64,000 nt of DNA, taken from the IMG/VR virus record IMGVR_UViG_3300036520_000018, positions 4,312-68,311 of that record, one strand, 5' to 3'. Position numbers and translations under genes: made by a program. Shown one piece after another: positions 9,106 through 18,860 of this stretch. This stretch comes from a virus. Its lineage: Duplodnaviria > Caudoviricetes. The notes under the pieces were generated by a model. The model saw only the letters and a list, made by a program, of their open reading frames with translations. It made no database searches and was not told the DNA's origin. The first letter of the stretch is position 1. Each line of letters begins with the position of its first letter.

Positions 9106-10782
9106 ATGAACTTTCAACCTCGACCATACCAGCGGCAAGCCGTAGACGCGATCAAGTCCGAGCTCGACATTGTCGATGCAACCGTCTTGGTTGCTTCCGT
9201 TGGTGCCGGCAAGACCATCATGCAGGCGATGTTCATCCAGGAGATGATAGGGGTATATCCCGAGGCTCGCTTCGTCTGTGCTGTGCACACCCGTGAATTG
9301 GTGCAGCAGAACGCAGAAGCCATGCTCCGTGCTTGGCCGTCGGCACCGATTGGGATCAACAGCGCAGCGCTAGGGCATCGCAAGACCCGTTCGCAGATAC
9401 TCTTTTGCTCTATCCAGAGCGTCCATAAGGCTGCCGCCGAGATTGGCTGGGTGGACTGCCTGATCGTCGACGAGGGGCATCTGATCAGCCCCAAGGCAAC
9501 AACCATGTACCGCCAGTTCATTGATGCGTTGCGCGCCATCAACCCTGATCTGCGCATCCTCCTGATGTCCGGCACGCCATGGCGGTTAGACAGCGGGGAT
9601 TTGACAGAAGGCGAGAACGCCATTGCCAAGACTGTGGCCTACGAGGTCCAGATCCGCGAGTTGATTGAGCAGGGTTTCCTGACCCGGCCCATCAGCAAAG
9701 GGACCGCAACAACCTTCGATATGACTGGCGTCCACACCCGTGGTGGTGAGTACGTTCTAGGTGAAGCCGAAGCGGCCGTGAACAAGCAGGAAATCACGGA
9801 ATCCGCTGTGCGCGAGATCGTCCAGTATGGTCAGGATCGCAAGGCGTGGCTCTTATTCTGCGCCGGCGTTGACCACGCATATGCCGTCCGCGATGAAGTT
9901 CGTCGGCACGGTGTCACTTGTGAGACTGTAGAAGGCACTATGGAGGCGGCTGAGCGTCGCCGTATCCTGGAAGCCTACAAGCGTGGCGAAATCCGCTGCC
10001 TCACGAACGTGAACGTGCTCAGCGTCGGCTTCGATTTCCCAGGTATTGATCTTGTTGCCCTGATGCGGCCGACCAAATCGCCCAGCCTCTATGTCCAGCA
10101 AGTCGGCCGTGGACTGCGCCTGTCACCTGGTAAGGACAACGTCTTGGTGCTTGACTTCGCCAACGTGGTTCGCACCCTCGGGCCGATTGACGATGTGAAG
10201 GTGAAGAAGCCGGGTAAGGGGCAAGGCGAGGCTCCGGTGCGCCAATGCCCGGACTGCCAGAGTATCTGCCACGCATCGGCGCGCGAGTGCCCCGACTGCG
10301 GCTTCCAGTTCCCCGAGTCCGACAAGCCAAAGCACTCCGCGTCAGCTGACGTGGTGCCGATGCTCTCCACCGAGCCGCCGGCTTGGGAACCCGTTAAGAG
10401 CCAAACCTTCCGCCGTCACGAAAAGCAGGGTGGTCTGCCCAGTGTCCGGATCGACTACATGGTCGGCATGAAGATCAACAAGGTCTGGCTCTGCCCAGAA
10501 CACACCGGATTCCCCAAGTCCAAGGCTGACCGTTGGTGGCACCAACACGGTGGCGCCCGTCCATTCCCGAAGACCGTTGATGAGTTCTTGGACCGGGCAG
10601 GGGAGCTTTGCGCGACTGCCGAGGTGCAGATCAAGTATGGCGGCAAGTGGCCGGAGATCGTCGACTTCCGTGCTGGCGAGCGGGTCGAAGGCAGCAACGA
10701 CAACATGGTTGTGCGCGATAGGAATGAGGAAGAGCGCCACCGCCTACGGAGCTTGGCTGCGGACTTCAATGTGCCGTTTTAG
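9106..10782 (+). CDS. Superfamily 2 DNA helicase (RadD-like) with zinc finger
   Basis: GAGKT, DEGH, SGT and QQVGRGLR motifs; CPDC...CPDC. Confidence 0.93.
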   Translation: MNFQPRPYQRQAVDAIKSELDIVDATVLVASVGAGKTIMQAMFIQEMIGVYPEARFVCAVHTRELVQQNAEAMLRAWPSAPIGINSAALGHRKTRSQILFCSIQSVHKAAAEIGWVDCLIVDEGHLISPKATTMYRQFIDALRAINPDLRILLMSGTPWRLDSGDLTEGENAIAKTVAYEVQIRELIEQGFLTRPISKGTATTFDMTGVHTRGGEYVLGEAEAAVNKQEITESAVREIVQYGQDRKAWLLFCAGVDHAYAVRDEVRRHGVTCETVEGTMEAAERRRILEAYKRGEIRCLTNVNVLSVGFDFPGIDLVALMRPTKSPSLYVQQVGRGLRLSPGKDNVLVLDFANVVRTLGPIDDVKVKKPGKGQGEAPVRQCPDCQSICHASARECPDCGFQFPESDKPKHSASADVVPMLSTEPPAWEPVKSQTFRRHEKQGGLPSVRIDYMVGMKINKVWLCPEHTGFPKSKADRWWHQHGGARPFPKTVDEFLDRAGELCATAEVQIKYGGKWPEIVDFRAGERVEGSNDNMVVRDRNEEERHRLRSLAADFNVPF

Positions 10783-10795
10783 CTTGCCCACAAAT

Positions 10796-10812
10796 ATGCG
10801 TTTGTATGCGTT
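10796..10812 (+). promoter_or_regulatory. Dispersed motif copy 4
   Basis: ATGCGTTTGTATGCGTT between the helicase and the GcrA cluster. Confidence 0.65.
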
Positions 10813-10845
10813 TTCACCACACGTATTCTGAGGAGAAACTACCAC

Positions 10846-11010
10846 ATGAAAAACGCCAGCCCAAAGGACATGCGTGTGCGTGCCAAGCACCTGCTCGGCG
10901 AATGGCGCCAGAACTGGCTTGCCGATCCACACGGCGCGCGTGACGCGCTCGACCAGGCCAACGACCTCTTAGCCTTGGCCGAGGAAGCCGAGAAGGCAGG
11001 TGTGCGGTGA
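10846..11010 (+). CDS. Small hypothetical protein (54 aa)
   Basis: GAGGAG RBS; MKNASPKDMRVRAKHLLGEW... Confidence 0.65.
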   Translation: MKNASPKDMRVRAKHLLGEWRQNWLADPHGARDALDQANDLLALAEEAEKAGVR

Positions 11011-11159
11011 AGTGGGAAACGACCATCGACCTGGACACACTCGTAGTTGCCTGCCGCGAAGTGGCTAGCACGGTGTCCACCAAACAATCCGCCACTGAAA
11101 CGCGCGAACAGTTCGTGCTTCGACTGGCACGTGCCGTTCTCTTGGAGATGCTGAAGTGA
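11007..11159 (+). CDS. Small hypothetical protein (50 aa)
   Basis: GTGA overlaps at both ends; MKWETTIDLDTLVVAC... Confidence 0.55.
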   Translation: MKWETTIDLDTLVVACREVASTVSTKQSATETREQFVLRLARAVLLEMLK

Positions 11160-11725
11160 CCTGGTCTGCCCTCAATACCGCCGAACGTATCTCCCGCATT
11201 CGCCACCTGACCTCCCTAGGCATGAGCCGGACGGAGCAGGCCACCCGCTTAGGTCTGCGCCTGACCTCCTTATCACAGTTCTGCTCCGCCAATGGCTTGG
11301 TGGCGGCCAATGCAAACACCACTAGTGAATGGTCCGGCTTGGACATCGATCAGCGTATCGCCCGTATCCGCGAGCTGCGCGACGATGGCCTGAGCGTGCG
11401 CCAGATCGCGGCCGAACTCGGGGTGTCGCACCCCGTCATCTACGGCTTCTGCCAAGATAACGGCATGGAGCGCCTGTTCGAGCGCCGCGTGAAGGTTGGC
11501 GGACCGCCCATGATCCCGGCTCGCCCTGTAGCGGTCGAGGCTTGGACGCCTGGCGCTAACCCCGTGACCCTGATGGACCTGGAAGATGGCATGTGCCGGT
11601 GGCCGGTCGATGTGGCTGGTGCGACCAAGCAGATGTTCTGCGGCTGTGCCGTGAAGGGCGAAGGCGAGTCTTATTGCTCGGGCCACGGCCGCGTAGCGCA
11701 GTTTGGGTTGGGGGCAGGCCAATGA
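11156..11725 (+). CDS. gcrA: GcrA-family cell cycle regulator with duplicated N-terminal HTH
   Basis: LMDLEDGMCRWPV...FCG...SYCSGH is the GcrA C-terminal signature; two W(S)xL...RI..(I/L)R.L...G(M/L)S...A..LG repeats. Confidence 0.8.
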   Translation: MTWSALNTAERISRIRHLTSLGMSRTEQATRLGLRLTSLSQFCSANGLVAANANTTSEWSGLDIDQRIARIRELRDDGLSVRQIAAELGVSHPVIYGFCQDNGMERLFERRVKVGGPPMIPARPVAVEAWTPGANPVTLMDLEDGMCRWPVDVAGATKQMFCGCAVKGEGESYCSGHGRVAQFGLGAGQ

Positions 11726-12354
11726 GCAACCCACTTCCGACTGTTGAAGGTGGTTTTGGCGTCATCCTGGCTGATCCACCATGGGCGTTCCGCTCATGGT
11801 CGGGCAAGACGGGTACCCCACACCGCAGCGCAAACGATCACTATATAACAACCGAAACAACCAAGTTGTGCGACATCCCTGTTGCCGACGTGGCGGCCAA
11901 GGACTGCTGCCTCTTTATGTGGGTGGTGGATAGCCACATTGGCGAAGCGATCGACCTCGGTCGTGCATGGGGCTTCGACATCAAGACGAAAGCCTTCACC
12001 TGGGTGAAGACCACCAAGACTGGCGTGCCAAAGATCGGCATGGGGTATTGGACGCGCAAGCAGACTGAAATCTGCCTGATGTTCACCCGTGGCAAGCCAA
12101 AGCGGCTCGACATGGGCGTGCGCGAACTGATCATGTCGCCTCGCCGTGAACATAGCCGCAAGCCAGACGAACAGTACGAGCGCATTCAACGCCTGGTTGC
12201 CGGCCCGTACCTAGAGATGTTTGCTCGCCAGGGTCGTCCCGGCTGGGCTGTGTGGGGAAACGAAGTCAACAAGTTCGACGAGCCTGCCAACGACAACACT
12301 CCGTCCACGCCAGTGGATGGTGTAGCCGACCTTTTCTCGGCAGGTGCAGCATGA
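11722..12354 (+). CDS. MT-A70 family N6-adenine methyltransferase
   Basis: VILADPPW, LFMWV, HSRKPDE and LEMFAR motifs. Confidence 0.92.
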   Translation: MSNPLPTVEGGFGVILADPPWAFRSWSGKTGTPHRSANDHYITTETTKLCDIPVADVAAKDCCLFMWVVDSHIGEAIDLGRAWGFDIKTKAFTWVKTTKTGVPKIGMGYWTRKQTEICLMFTRGKPKRLDMGVRELIMSPRREHSRKPDEQYERIQRLVAGPYLEMFARQGRPGWAVWGNEVNKFDEPANDNTPSTPVDGVADLFSAGAA

Positions 12355-12638
12355 CCGCTCCATGCCTCATCTGCAGCCGCCAAACCGGTCACCCCGATAA
12401 GCTGTGTCCGATGTGCTTGCCATGGGTGGAGTACATCCGCGGTGCTCAGCCTATGACCGCCCATGAGCACGCCGCGCTCGACTTCGCCATCGATCAGGCT
12501 GGTCATCACGTCCACGCCAATGGTCCAGACCTGTCGGCCTGGGAAGAACCGCAGGTGCGCAGTTTCGCCCGCGATCTCATTCAAGCATTCGGCGCCGGCC
12601 TGCGGGCTGAGATCGCCAAGTCGGAGGTGCCGTTCTAG
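12351..12638 (+). CDS. Hypothetical zinc-binding protein
   Basis: CLIC...CPMC; ATGA coupling; ends SEVPF. Confidence 0.65.
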   Translation: MTAPCLICSRQTGHPDKLCPMCLPWVEYIRGAQPMTAHEHAALDFAIDQAGHHVHANGPDLSAWEEPQVRSFARDLIQAFGAGLRAEIAKSEVPF

Positions 12639-12640
12639 CC

Positions 12641-13375
12641 ATGGACTACGCGAACGATAATCAGGACGGAAAGGTCTGCACGAAGTGTGGAGAGTGGAAA
12701 GCGCTCGCCCTGTTTTACAACAAGAAGCGACGTTCCGGAAAAATGGCCAAAACTGCTCGATGCAAGCAGTGCATCGATGAGACCAATCGTGCCTGGCGTC
12801 TTGAGAACCGCGAACTTGACCTGGCTCTCAAGCGGACCTACGCAGCGGCAAAATCCGCGGAAGTAGTTGAGCGTGTCAGATTGTGGCGCCTGAAGCCCGG
12901 TAATCGAGAGCGCAAGAACACTCTGGAGCAGGCGAGACGTAAAGCGCAATCCCCCGAGCAGAAGCGCCGAAGCATGGATATGGAGAATGCGCGTCGTCGC
13001 CGCCAGCTCGCCAACGATCCAATAGCAAAGATGCTTAAGAGGATGCGTCAGATGCTTGAGCGCACCTACCGTGCGATTGGAACGCCCAAACAAAAGAAGA
13101 CCAGGGAACTACTAGGTTTCTCGCCTGAGCAACTTCAACTTCGAATGGAGTGTCAGTTCAAGCCAGGCATGTCTTGGGACAATCATGGTCAATGGCACAT
13201 CGATCATAAGAAGCCGATCGCCGCATTTGTGAGGCAGGGCATTCTCGATCCACGGCAGATCAATATGCTTTCCAACCTTCAGCCGCTATGGGCGCCTGAA
13301 AACTACAGCAAGAGCGCTGCGTGGCCGCTGATTGCAGCCAATGACAACCAGAAGCGAGACAAAGATGCAGCCTGA
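12641..13375 (+). CDS. HNH endonuclease
   Basis: N-terminal CTKC/CKQC; WHIDHKKP...NLQPLWAPENYSK. Confidence 0.9.
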   Translation: MDYANDNQDGKVCTKCGEWKALALFYNKKRRSGKMAKTARCKQCIDETNRAWRLENRELDLALKRTYAAAKSAEVVERVRLWRLKPGNRERKNTLEQARRKAQSPEQKRRSMDMENARRRRQLANDPIAKMLKRMRQMLERTYRAIGTPKQKKTRELLGFSPEQLQLRMECQFKPGMSWDNHGQWHIDHKKPIAAFVRQGILDPRQINMLSNLQPLWAPENYSKSAAWPLIAANDNQKRDKDAA

Positions 13376-15689
13376 ATCCAAATCGATGATGGACCTGGCT
13401 CTGGAATATGCTGCCTCTGGGTGGCCGGTATTTCCAGTTAGAGCAGCCGACGAGGAACTGTTCGACGCAAGCACCGGCGAGTTCATCACCTATGGTGCCA
13501 AGAGCCCGCTGACACCTCGCGGCTTCCGCAATGCGACCAAGAATGAGCGGATCATTCGTCGTTTGTGGGAAGACAATCCGACAGCCATGGTCGCCATCCC
13601 AACTGGTGCACCCACCGGTGTTTGGGTACTCGACGTCGACCAGGGCGAGGATGTTGATGGATCGGCGACACTCGCTGCGCTTGAAGCCGAACACGGCAAT
13701 CTGCCTGAGACTGTGACCGTACAGACTCCCTCCGGGGGGCGCCATTTCATTTTCCGCTTGCCTTATGGTCAGCAAGTCCGCAATCGCGGCCGCTTTGCTC
13801 CTGGCCTAGACACTCGAGGAGACGGTGGGTTCATCGTCGCAGCCGGCTCAGTTCGCGCTGACGGTCGCGCCTATACCTGGGAGTCACGTCCGCCTGAACC
13901 GGCCGACGCTCCTCAATGGCTGATCGACATGGTCGTAAAGCAAGACTCTCCCACGCCCGTCGGCGGTACTGCACCATCCACAGGGTACGTAGAGGCGGCC
14001 GTCGAAGCCGAAATCGATCGGCTGGAAAGCACCACGTCTGGGCGCAACACCCAGTTGAACGAGTCTGCCTTTGCGCTGGGCACTTTGGTGGGTGCCGGAG
14101 TTCTGGATCGAGCCACTGCTGAAAGTCGACTGTTTGCTGCCGCCCAGTTCAACGGGTATGTGGCGAAAGACTCCGCAGGGGCAGCCCGTGCCACGATCCG
14201 CTCTGGCCTGGACTCCGGCGCCAAACACCCACGCCAAGTGCCCGAAGAAATGACGGCAGAGGAGGGCGCTCGTCTCGCCGTTAACCTGATCGGCATGGAC
14301 AAGGGCGAACAGGCCGCGCTCGTGGACCTTGGCCGGTATTTGTCCGCAAAGCTGGTCAGCCGCCCACCTTTGGCACCGTCGTTCGTGCCCGAGCCGCAGG
14401 AGAACGAGCCGGCTGCACCACCTATGCACGCGGATCCGTTCAATCCATTGGCTGCCGACGGGCTGCTCCGCCACATCGCTGAGTGGATCACCGAGACTGC
14501 CATCATGCCAGTACCAGAACTCTCCCTGGCGGCCGCATTGGGGCTGCTCGCTGGCCTGTTCGGCGACAAGGCTCTTGGTCCGACCTACACTGGTGTGAAC
14601 CTGTACCTGACTACAATCCTGGGCACGGCCGGTGGCAAAGGCTACCCACCCAAGGCCATCCGTCGCATCAGCGACAAACTGGGCGCCATGGGCGTAGTCA
14701 GCAACGGCGACCACACGTCCTACGCCGCGTTCGAACGCACCCTGCGCAAGTCCAACACCAAGTCGGTGACCGTGGTGATGGATGAGTTCGGCATCACCTT
14801 GCAGGACGTCAACAACAAGCGGAATGGCTCGGCAGCCAGTGCGTCAATCCGCAAATTCCTGCTCGCCATCTATGACCAGGCGAACTCAGTGTTCGACGGT
14901 CGCACCTACGCGTCTGCTGACGCCAAGGGTACCGACGAGCCGATCGAAGGGCCTGCGCTTACCGTGTTGGGTATGACCACGCTCGACACACTGTATGCGG
15001 GTCTGACCGAAGCTAGCATCAGCGACGGCTTCCTCAACCGCTTCGTGTTCGTCACGGCACAGGATCGTGGGCACCAGGTCACCCCGCCACGATTGCACCA
15101 GGACTTCTCGATTCCGGCGCACATCGAGAAGGGTGTGGACTCCGCTGTCCATGCGTTCGCTGCTCGCCGCGGTGACCAGAAGGACAAGTGGCGCGTGCCA
15201 TTCCTCGGCGACGAAGGCGGGGCAGCCTACAAACGCTGGGGCGAAATCTTCGTCTGGCAGTTCGATCCACGCTGGCCATCGGAGAAGCGCGACATTCGAG
15301 CTCGTGCGGCTGAGAACACGCTGCGTCTGGCCACATTGCGGGCCATCAGCAAGTACGCGGCCAATCCTGCGATCACTGTCGAGGACATCGAGTGGGCTTG
15401 GGCCGTGGTCTACCGCTCCATCCTGCTGGTTCAGGAAGGTATCCGCGACCACATGTCGGCGTCACCGGCTGAGACGCTGCGGAAGTCCGTGCTGGAGGCG
15501 CTGCGAGATAGTTCAGAGCCGGTCCCTTACTCCAAGCTGCTGAGCCGACGTGGGGTGCGTGGTTCAGACACGCGCCAGGTCGAGGAGGCTCTTCGGTGGC
15601 TACTTGATGCGAAGGAAATTGTTGATCTCAACGCAAAGCCGAAGGCTGGGGCTGGCAGCAAGTTTGCGGTGTGCGAGGAGGCGGCGTGA
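13365..15689 (+). CDS. Bifunctional primase-polymerase with C-terminal DUF3987-like helicase domain
   Basis: GWPVFP, VLDVD, TPSGGRHFIF and DTRGDGGFIV Prim-Pol motifs; GRNTQLN; MDEFG and DGFLNRF. Confidence 0.88.
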   Translation: MQPESKSMMDLALEYAASGWPVFPVRAADEELFDASTGEFITYGAKSPLTPRGFRNATKNERIIRRLWEDNPTAMVAIPTGAPTGVWVLDVDQGEDVDGSATLAALEAEHGNLPETVTVQTPSGGRHFIFRLPYGQQVRNRGRFAPGLDTRGDGGFIVAAGSVRADGRAYTWESRPPEPADAPQWLIDMVVKQDSPTPVGGTAPSTGYVEAAVEAEIDRLESTTSGRNTQLNESAFALGTLVGAGVLDRATAESRLFAAAQFNGYVAKDSAGAARATIRSGLDSGAKHPRQVPEEMTAEEGARLAVNLIGMDKGEQAALVDLGRYLSAKLVSRPPLAPSFVPEPQENEPAAPPMHADPFNPLAADGLLRHIAEWITETAIMPVPELSLAAALGLLAGLFGDKALGPTYTGVNLYLTTILGTAGGKGYPPKAIRRISDKLGAMGVVSNGDHTSYAAFERTLRKSNTKSVTVVMDEFGITLQDVNNKRNGSAASASIRKFLLAIYDQANSVFDGRTYASADAKGTDEPIEGPALTVLGMTTLDTLYAGLTEASISDGFLNRFVFVTAQDRGHQVTPPRLHQDFSIPAHIEKGVDSAVHAFAARRGDQKDKWRVPFLGDEGGAAYKRWGEIFVWQFDPRWPSEKRDIRARAAENTLRLATLRAISKYAANPAITVEDIEWAWAVVYRSILLVQEGIRDHMSASPAETLRKSVLEALRDSSEPVPYSKLLSRRGVRGSDTRQVEEALRWLLDAKEIVDLNAKPKAGAGSKFAVCEEAA

Positions 15690-16150
15690 TGGTGCGGGTA
15701 CGAGCAAAGAAAACCACCGTCACCCTCGCCAACGGCACCAAGGTGCAGCGCACCACGCTGGTGAAAGCACCGGTTCTCGAGTGGCGTCTGCAAGCTTCGG
15801 CGGTTCGCGCTCTGCGTGCGATGCCGGAGTTTGGGCGACGTTTTACCCTGGCCGGCGACATGGCGGCCGCGCGCCGATCGCCACAGGAGTCCGTCAAGAT
15901 GAAGGCTACTGGACTTGTGCCAGGGGAGCCAGATTTGCGCCTCTACCTGGAGGGTGGCCGGCTCTACTTCATCGAGTTCAAGGGTGAGAAGGGCAGGGAG
16001 TCCGCAGAGCAGATCGACCGCATTGCGCTCCTGGATACGCTCGGGTTCACGGTTGTCGTCGTCCAGGTCGCAACAGAAGAAGAGGCAGCACAACGGGCAG
16101 TGGAACTGGTCCGTGGGTGGCTACCGGCGAATGATAATGAGGTGGTGTGA
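15689..16150 (+). CDS. VRR-NUC domain nuclease
   Basis: GLVPGEPDL...FIEFKGEKGRESAEQ. Confidence 0.88.
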   Translation: MVRVRAKKTTVTLANGTKVQRTTLVKAPVLEWRLQASAVRALRAMPEFGRRFTLAGDMAAARRSPQESVKMKATGLVPGEPDLRLYLEGGRLYFIEFKGEKGRESAEQIDRIALLDTLGFTVVVVQVATEEEAAQRAVELVRGWLPANDNEVV

Positions 16151-16368
16151 TGCAAGAGCAGTACGAGCAGATCGCCATAAGATTGGCTGAACGGCTTGAG
16201 CGAGCCGAGGACTGGGAACAGTACCTTCAGCATAGCGCATTTCTATGGTGGTTCGCCGAACGTCGGGCCGAGAAATTAGGCTATATTTCGCTTTGGTCAC
16301 CAGGATGGGAACTGCGTGAGCGGTTCATCGACTGGGCGATAGATCACACGATAGAGGCTTTTCGGTAA
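16147..16368 (+). CDS. Hypothetical protein
   Basis: Coupled between VRR-NUC and the polymerase. Confidence 0.6.
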   Translation: MMQEQYEQIAIRLAERLERAEDWEQYLQHSAFLWWFAERRAEKLGYISLWSPGWELRERFIDWAIDHTIEAFR

Positions 16369-18245
16369 TGCCCAGCGTCATTCTCGATACCGAGGTCTAC
16401 CCCGGATATTTCCTCGCCGCCTTGAAGAACATCGAGACCGGTGAAGTGGTCGCGCTCGAGCGCATCACGGGCCCGTCCGGCCAAGACACCGAACTCGACA
16501 TAACCACGCTCTCCGACATCATGGAGAACGACCTGACCTATGGCTTCAACTCGCTGCCGTTCGACTGCGTGATCATTGCCGCCGCTATAGCCGGTCTGTC
16601 CAATGCTGACCTGGTGGCGATCCGTGACGCCCTGATCGTTCTCAAGGAGCCAATCTGGGCAGTGGAGCGCAATTTCAAGTTCCGCGTGCCCAAACGCTGG
16701 AACCACATCGACCTTATTGAAGTGGCTCCGCTCGACGCCAGCCTCAAAATCTACAATGGCCGACTGCATGGTAAGCGCATGCAGGATCTGCCGTATGACC
16801 CAAACATGCGGCTCAACGCCGAACAGCGTGAGCAAGTCAAGGATTACTGCATCAACAGCGACATTCCGGCTACGGAATTGCTCCTCAACTCGCTCGCAGA
16901 ACCGTTGGCCCTGCGGAATGAGATGTCCATCCAGTACAGCATGGACCTGCGCTCCAAGTCAGACGCGCAGATCGCTGAGGCGGTGATCAAGAAGGAAGTC
17001 GAAAAGATAACCCGCCGAGAGGTCGCCAAGCCCCCGGTGGAAGAACCCGGCGAGTTCAACTACACGCCGCCGGCATTCATCGGCTACAGCACCCCATACA
17101 TGCAGGATGTCCTGCGCCAAGCCTGCGCTGTGCCGATCGTCATCGATTACAACGGCCGGGTGTCCGCGCCAGGGTTCGATGCGTTCAACATTCGTATCAA
17201 CAAATCCACCTATAAGATCGGCATCGGCGGCATTCACAGCCAGGAGTCCTGCCGCACCCTGCAAAGCACGGAGACGCACACGCTGCTGGATCGTGACGTG
17301 GCCAGCTACTACCCGGCGCTGATCATTAACAACGACCTGGCGCCTTCGGCATTGGGCGAGCACTTCATGCCGATTTACCGCGGTATCCGCGACAGGCGCC
17401 TCGATGCCAAGCGTGCGAAACGAAAAACCACAGCCGAGTCCCTCAAGATCGTGATCAACGGGACCTTCGGAAAGCTCGGCCAGCCTGGCTCGATCCTTTA
17501 CGCACCGCGACAGATGATCAACACGACGCTGACCGGCCAGTTGGCGTTGCTTATGGCGATCGAGGAGGTTGAAGCTGCCGGCATTGAAGTGGTCAGCGCC
17601 AATACCGACGGCTTCACGTCCATGGTGCCGCACGACCAACGCGAGCAGTTCAACGCGATCATGTCTGACTGGGAAGAGCGCACCAACTTCGAGACCGAAG
17701 AGGTTGCCTATCGCTCGATGCACAATCGGGATGTGAACAACTACATCGCGATCAAGGATGACGGCAGCCACAAGGGTAAGGGCGTGTTTGCGAACCCTTG
17801 GTCAGCCAGCCCGCCGGACTATCGTGGGCAATTGTCCAAGAACCCGCAGACCACGATCTGCATCGAAGCAGTCGTGGCTTACCTCACGCACGGCACGCCG
17901 TTACGCACCACCATAGAAGCCTGCCAGGACATCCGGCAGTTCGTCACCGTGCGCAAGGTCAACGGTGGCGCAACCTGGAATGGGCAGTACCTCGGGAAGG
18001 CGATCCGCTGGTACTATGCTGCACGCCAGTACGCTCCCATCCACTATGCCAGTAACGGCAACCGCGTGCCAAAGTCCGACGGTGCAATGCCGATCATGGA
18101 GTTGCCGGAAGCGCTGCCTAACGACATCGACTACGACTGGTATGTGCGCGAGGCTGAGAGCATGTTGGTCGACATCGGTGCGGTGCCTGGGATGCGTCGT
18201 AAAGGTGAGCCCGACGAGCGCGAGATGGACTTGTTCGCGGCTTAG
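16368..18245 (+). CDS. Family B DNA polymerase
   Basis: DTE exonuclease motif, DVASYYP motif A, KIVINGTFG motif B, ANTDG motif C. Confidence 0.92.
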   Translation: MPSVILDTEVYPGYFLAALKNIETGEVVALERITGPSGQDTELDITTLSDIMENDLTYGFNSLPFDCVIIAAAIAGLSNADLVAIRDALIVLKEPIWAVERNFKFRVPKRWNHIDLIEVAPLDASLKIYNGRLHGKRMQDLPYDPNMRLNAEQREQVKDYCINSDIPATELLLNSLAEPLALRNEMSIQYSMDLRSKSDAQIAEAVIKKEVEKITRREVAKPPVEEPGEFNYTPPAFIGYSTPYMQDVLRQACAVPIVIDYNGRVSAPGFDAFNIRINKSTYKIGIGGIHSQESCRTLQSTETHTLLDRDVASYYPALIINNDLAPSALGEHFMPIYRGIRDRRLDAKRAKRKTTAESLKIVINGTFGKLGQPGSILYAPRQMINTTLTGQLALLMAIEEVEAAGIEVVSANTDGFTSMVPHDQREQFNAIMSDWEERTNFETEEVAYRSMHNRDVNNYIAIKDDGSHKGKGVFANPWSASPPDYRGQLSKNPQTTICIEAVVAYLTHGTPLRTTIEACQDIRQFVTVRKVNGGATWNGQYLGKAIRWYYAARQYAPIHYASNGNRVPKSDGAMPIMELPEALPNDIDYDWYVREAESMLVDIGAVPGMRRKGEPDEREMDLFAA

Positions 18246-18254
18246 TGCCGGAAA

Positions 18255-18656
18255 CTATTCCGCAAGCTGCCCAGTCTCCAGCACGCCCCATTCTGCCTGC
18301 CATAGCTGCGAGCTCTCAATGTCGATCGCTACAGCCTGATAGCCATACTCGTGGGCGTAGTCGTCCACGAGCTGCAGCGCGATGTCCATCGTGTGCGGGC
18401 CGTCCCACATCTCGGGTATTTCGTACCACTGTGGAAGAACAACTGTTCCTCGGAGAACGCCATCAGCAGACGTCCTGATGATCAGCAGGATTGAGCGTTC
18501 ATCTGGATCGTCAACCACAAGGATGTAGGTGGGCTTGGATGCTTGCCTGGCCAATGGTTCACTGGGCGGTTCGGCGCCCTTTTCTAGGCGACCAATCAGG
18601 TCCGCAAGGTCACTTTTCGGGTCGATCATTGCCGCTGATTTCAGCTCATTATGCAC
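18255..18656 (-). CDS. Hypothetical protein, paralogue of 19915-20238
   Basis: Shares GP....AL...Y..V.I......WQ..WG.L with 19915-20238. Confidence 0.6.
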   Translation of the reverse strand: MHNELKSAAMIDPKSDLADLIGRLEKGAEPPSEPLARQASKPTYILVVDDPDERSILLIIRTSADGVLRGTVVLPQWYEIPEMWDGPHTMDIALQLVDDYAHEYGYQAVAIDIESSQLWQAEWGVLETGQLAE

Positions 18657-18816
18657 AAAGGATAGTGTTTTTGCCGTTCAGCGAGCTTTGCACCAAATTT
18701 CGCGACTTGACAGCGCCACCTACGAGTCTTGCCGACCAGCCGAGACGCAAAAGAGTCAGCGCTAGCAATCAGTTAGGTAGGTGTGTTCGCCTCACACCGA
18801 CGCCATCATCGGTCTA

Positions 18817-18832
18817 TTAAGCTTTCGTTAAC
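18817..18832 (+). promoter_or_regulatory. CtrA binding site
   Basis: TTAA-GCTTTCG-TTAAC, an exact match to TTAA-N7-TTAAC, intergenic. Confidence 0.7.
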
Positions 18833-18851
18833 CCTTAGTGTCGCTCGCCGG

Positions 18852-18860
18852 TTATCCACA
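18852..18860 (+). promoter_or_regulatory. DnaA box
   Basis: TTATCCACA, perfect consensus, about 20 bp from the CtrA box. Confidence 0.6.
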
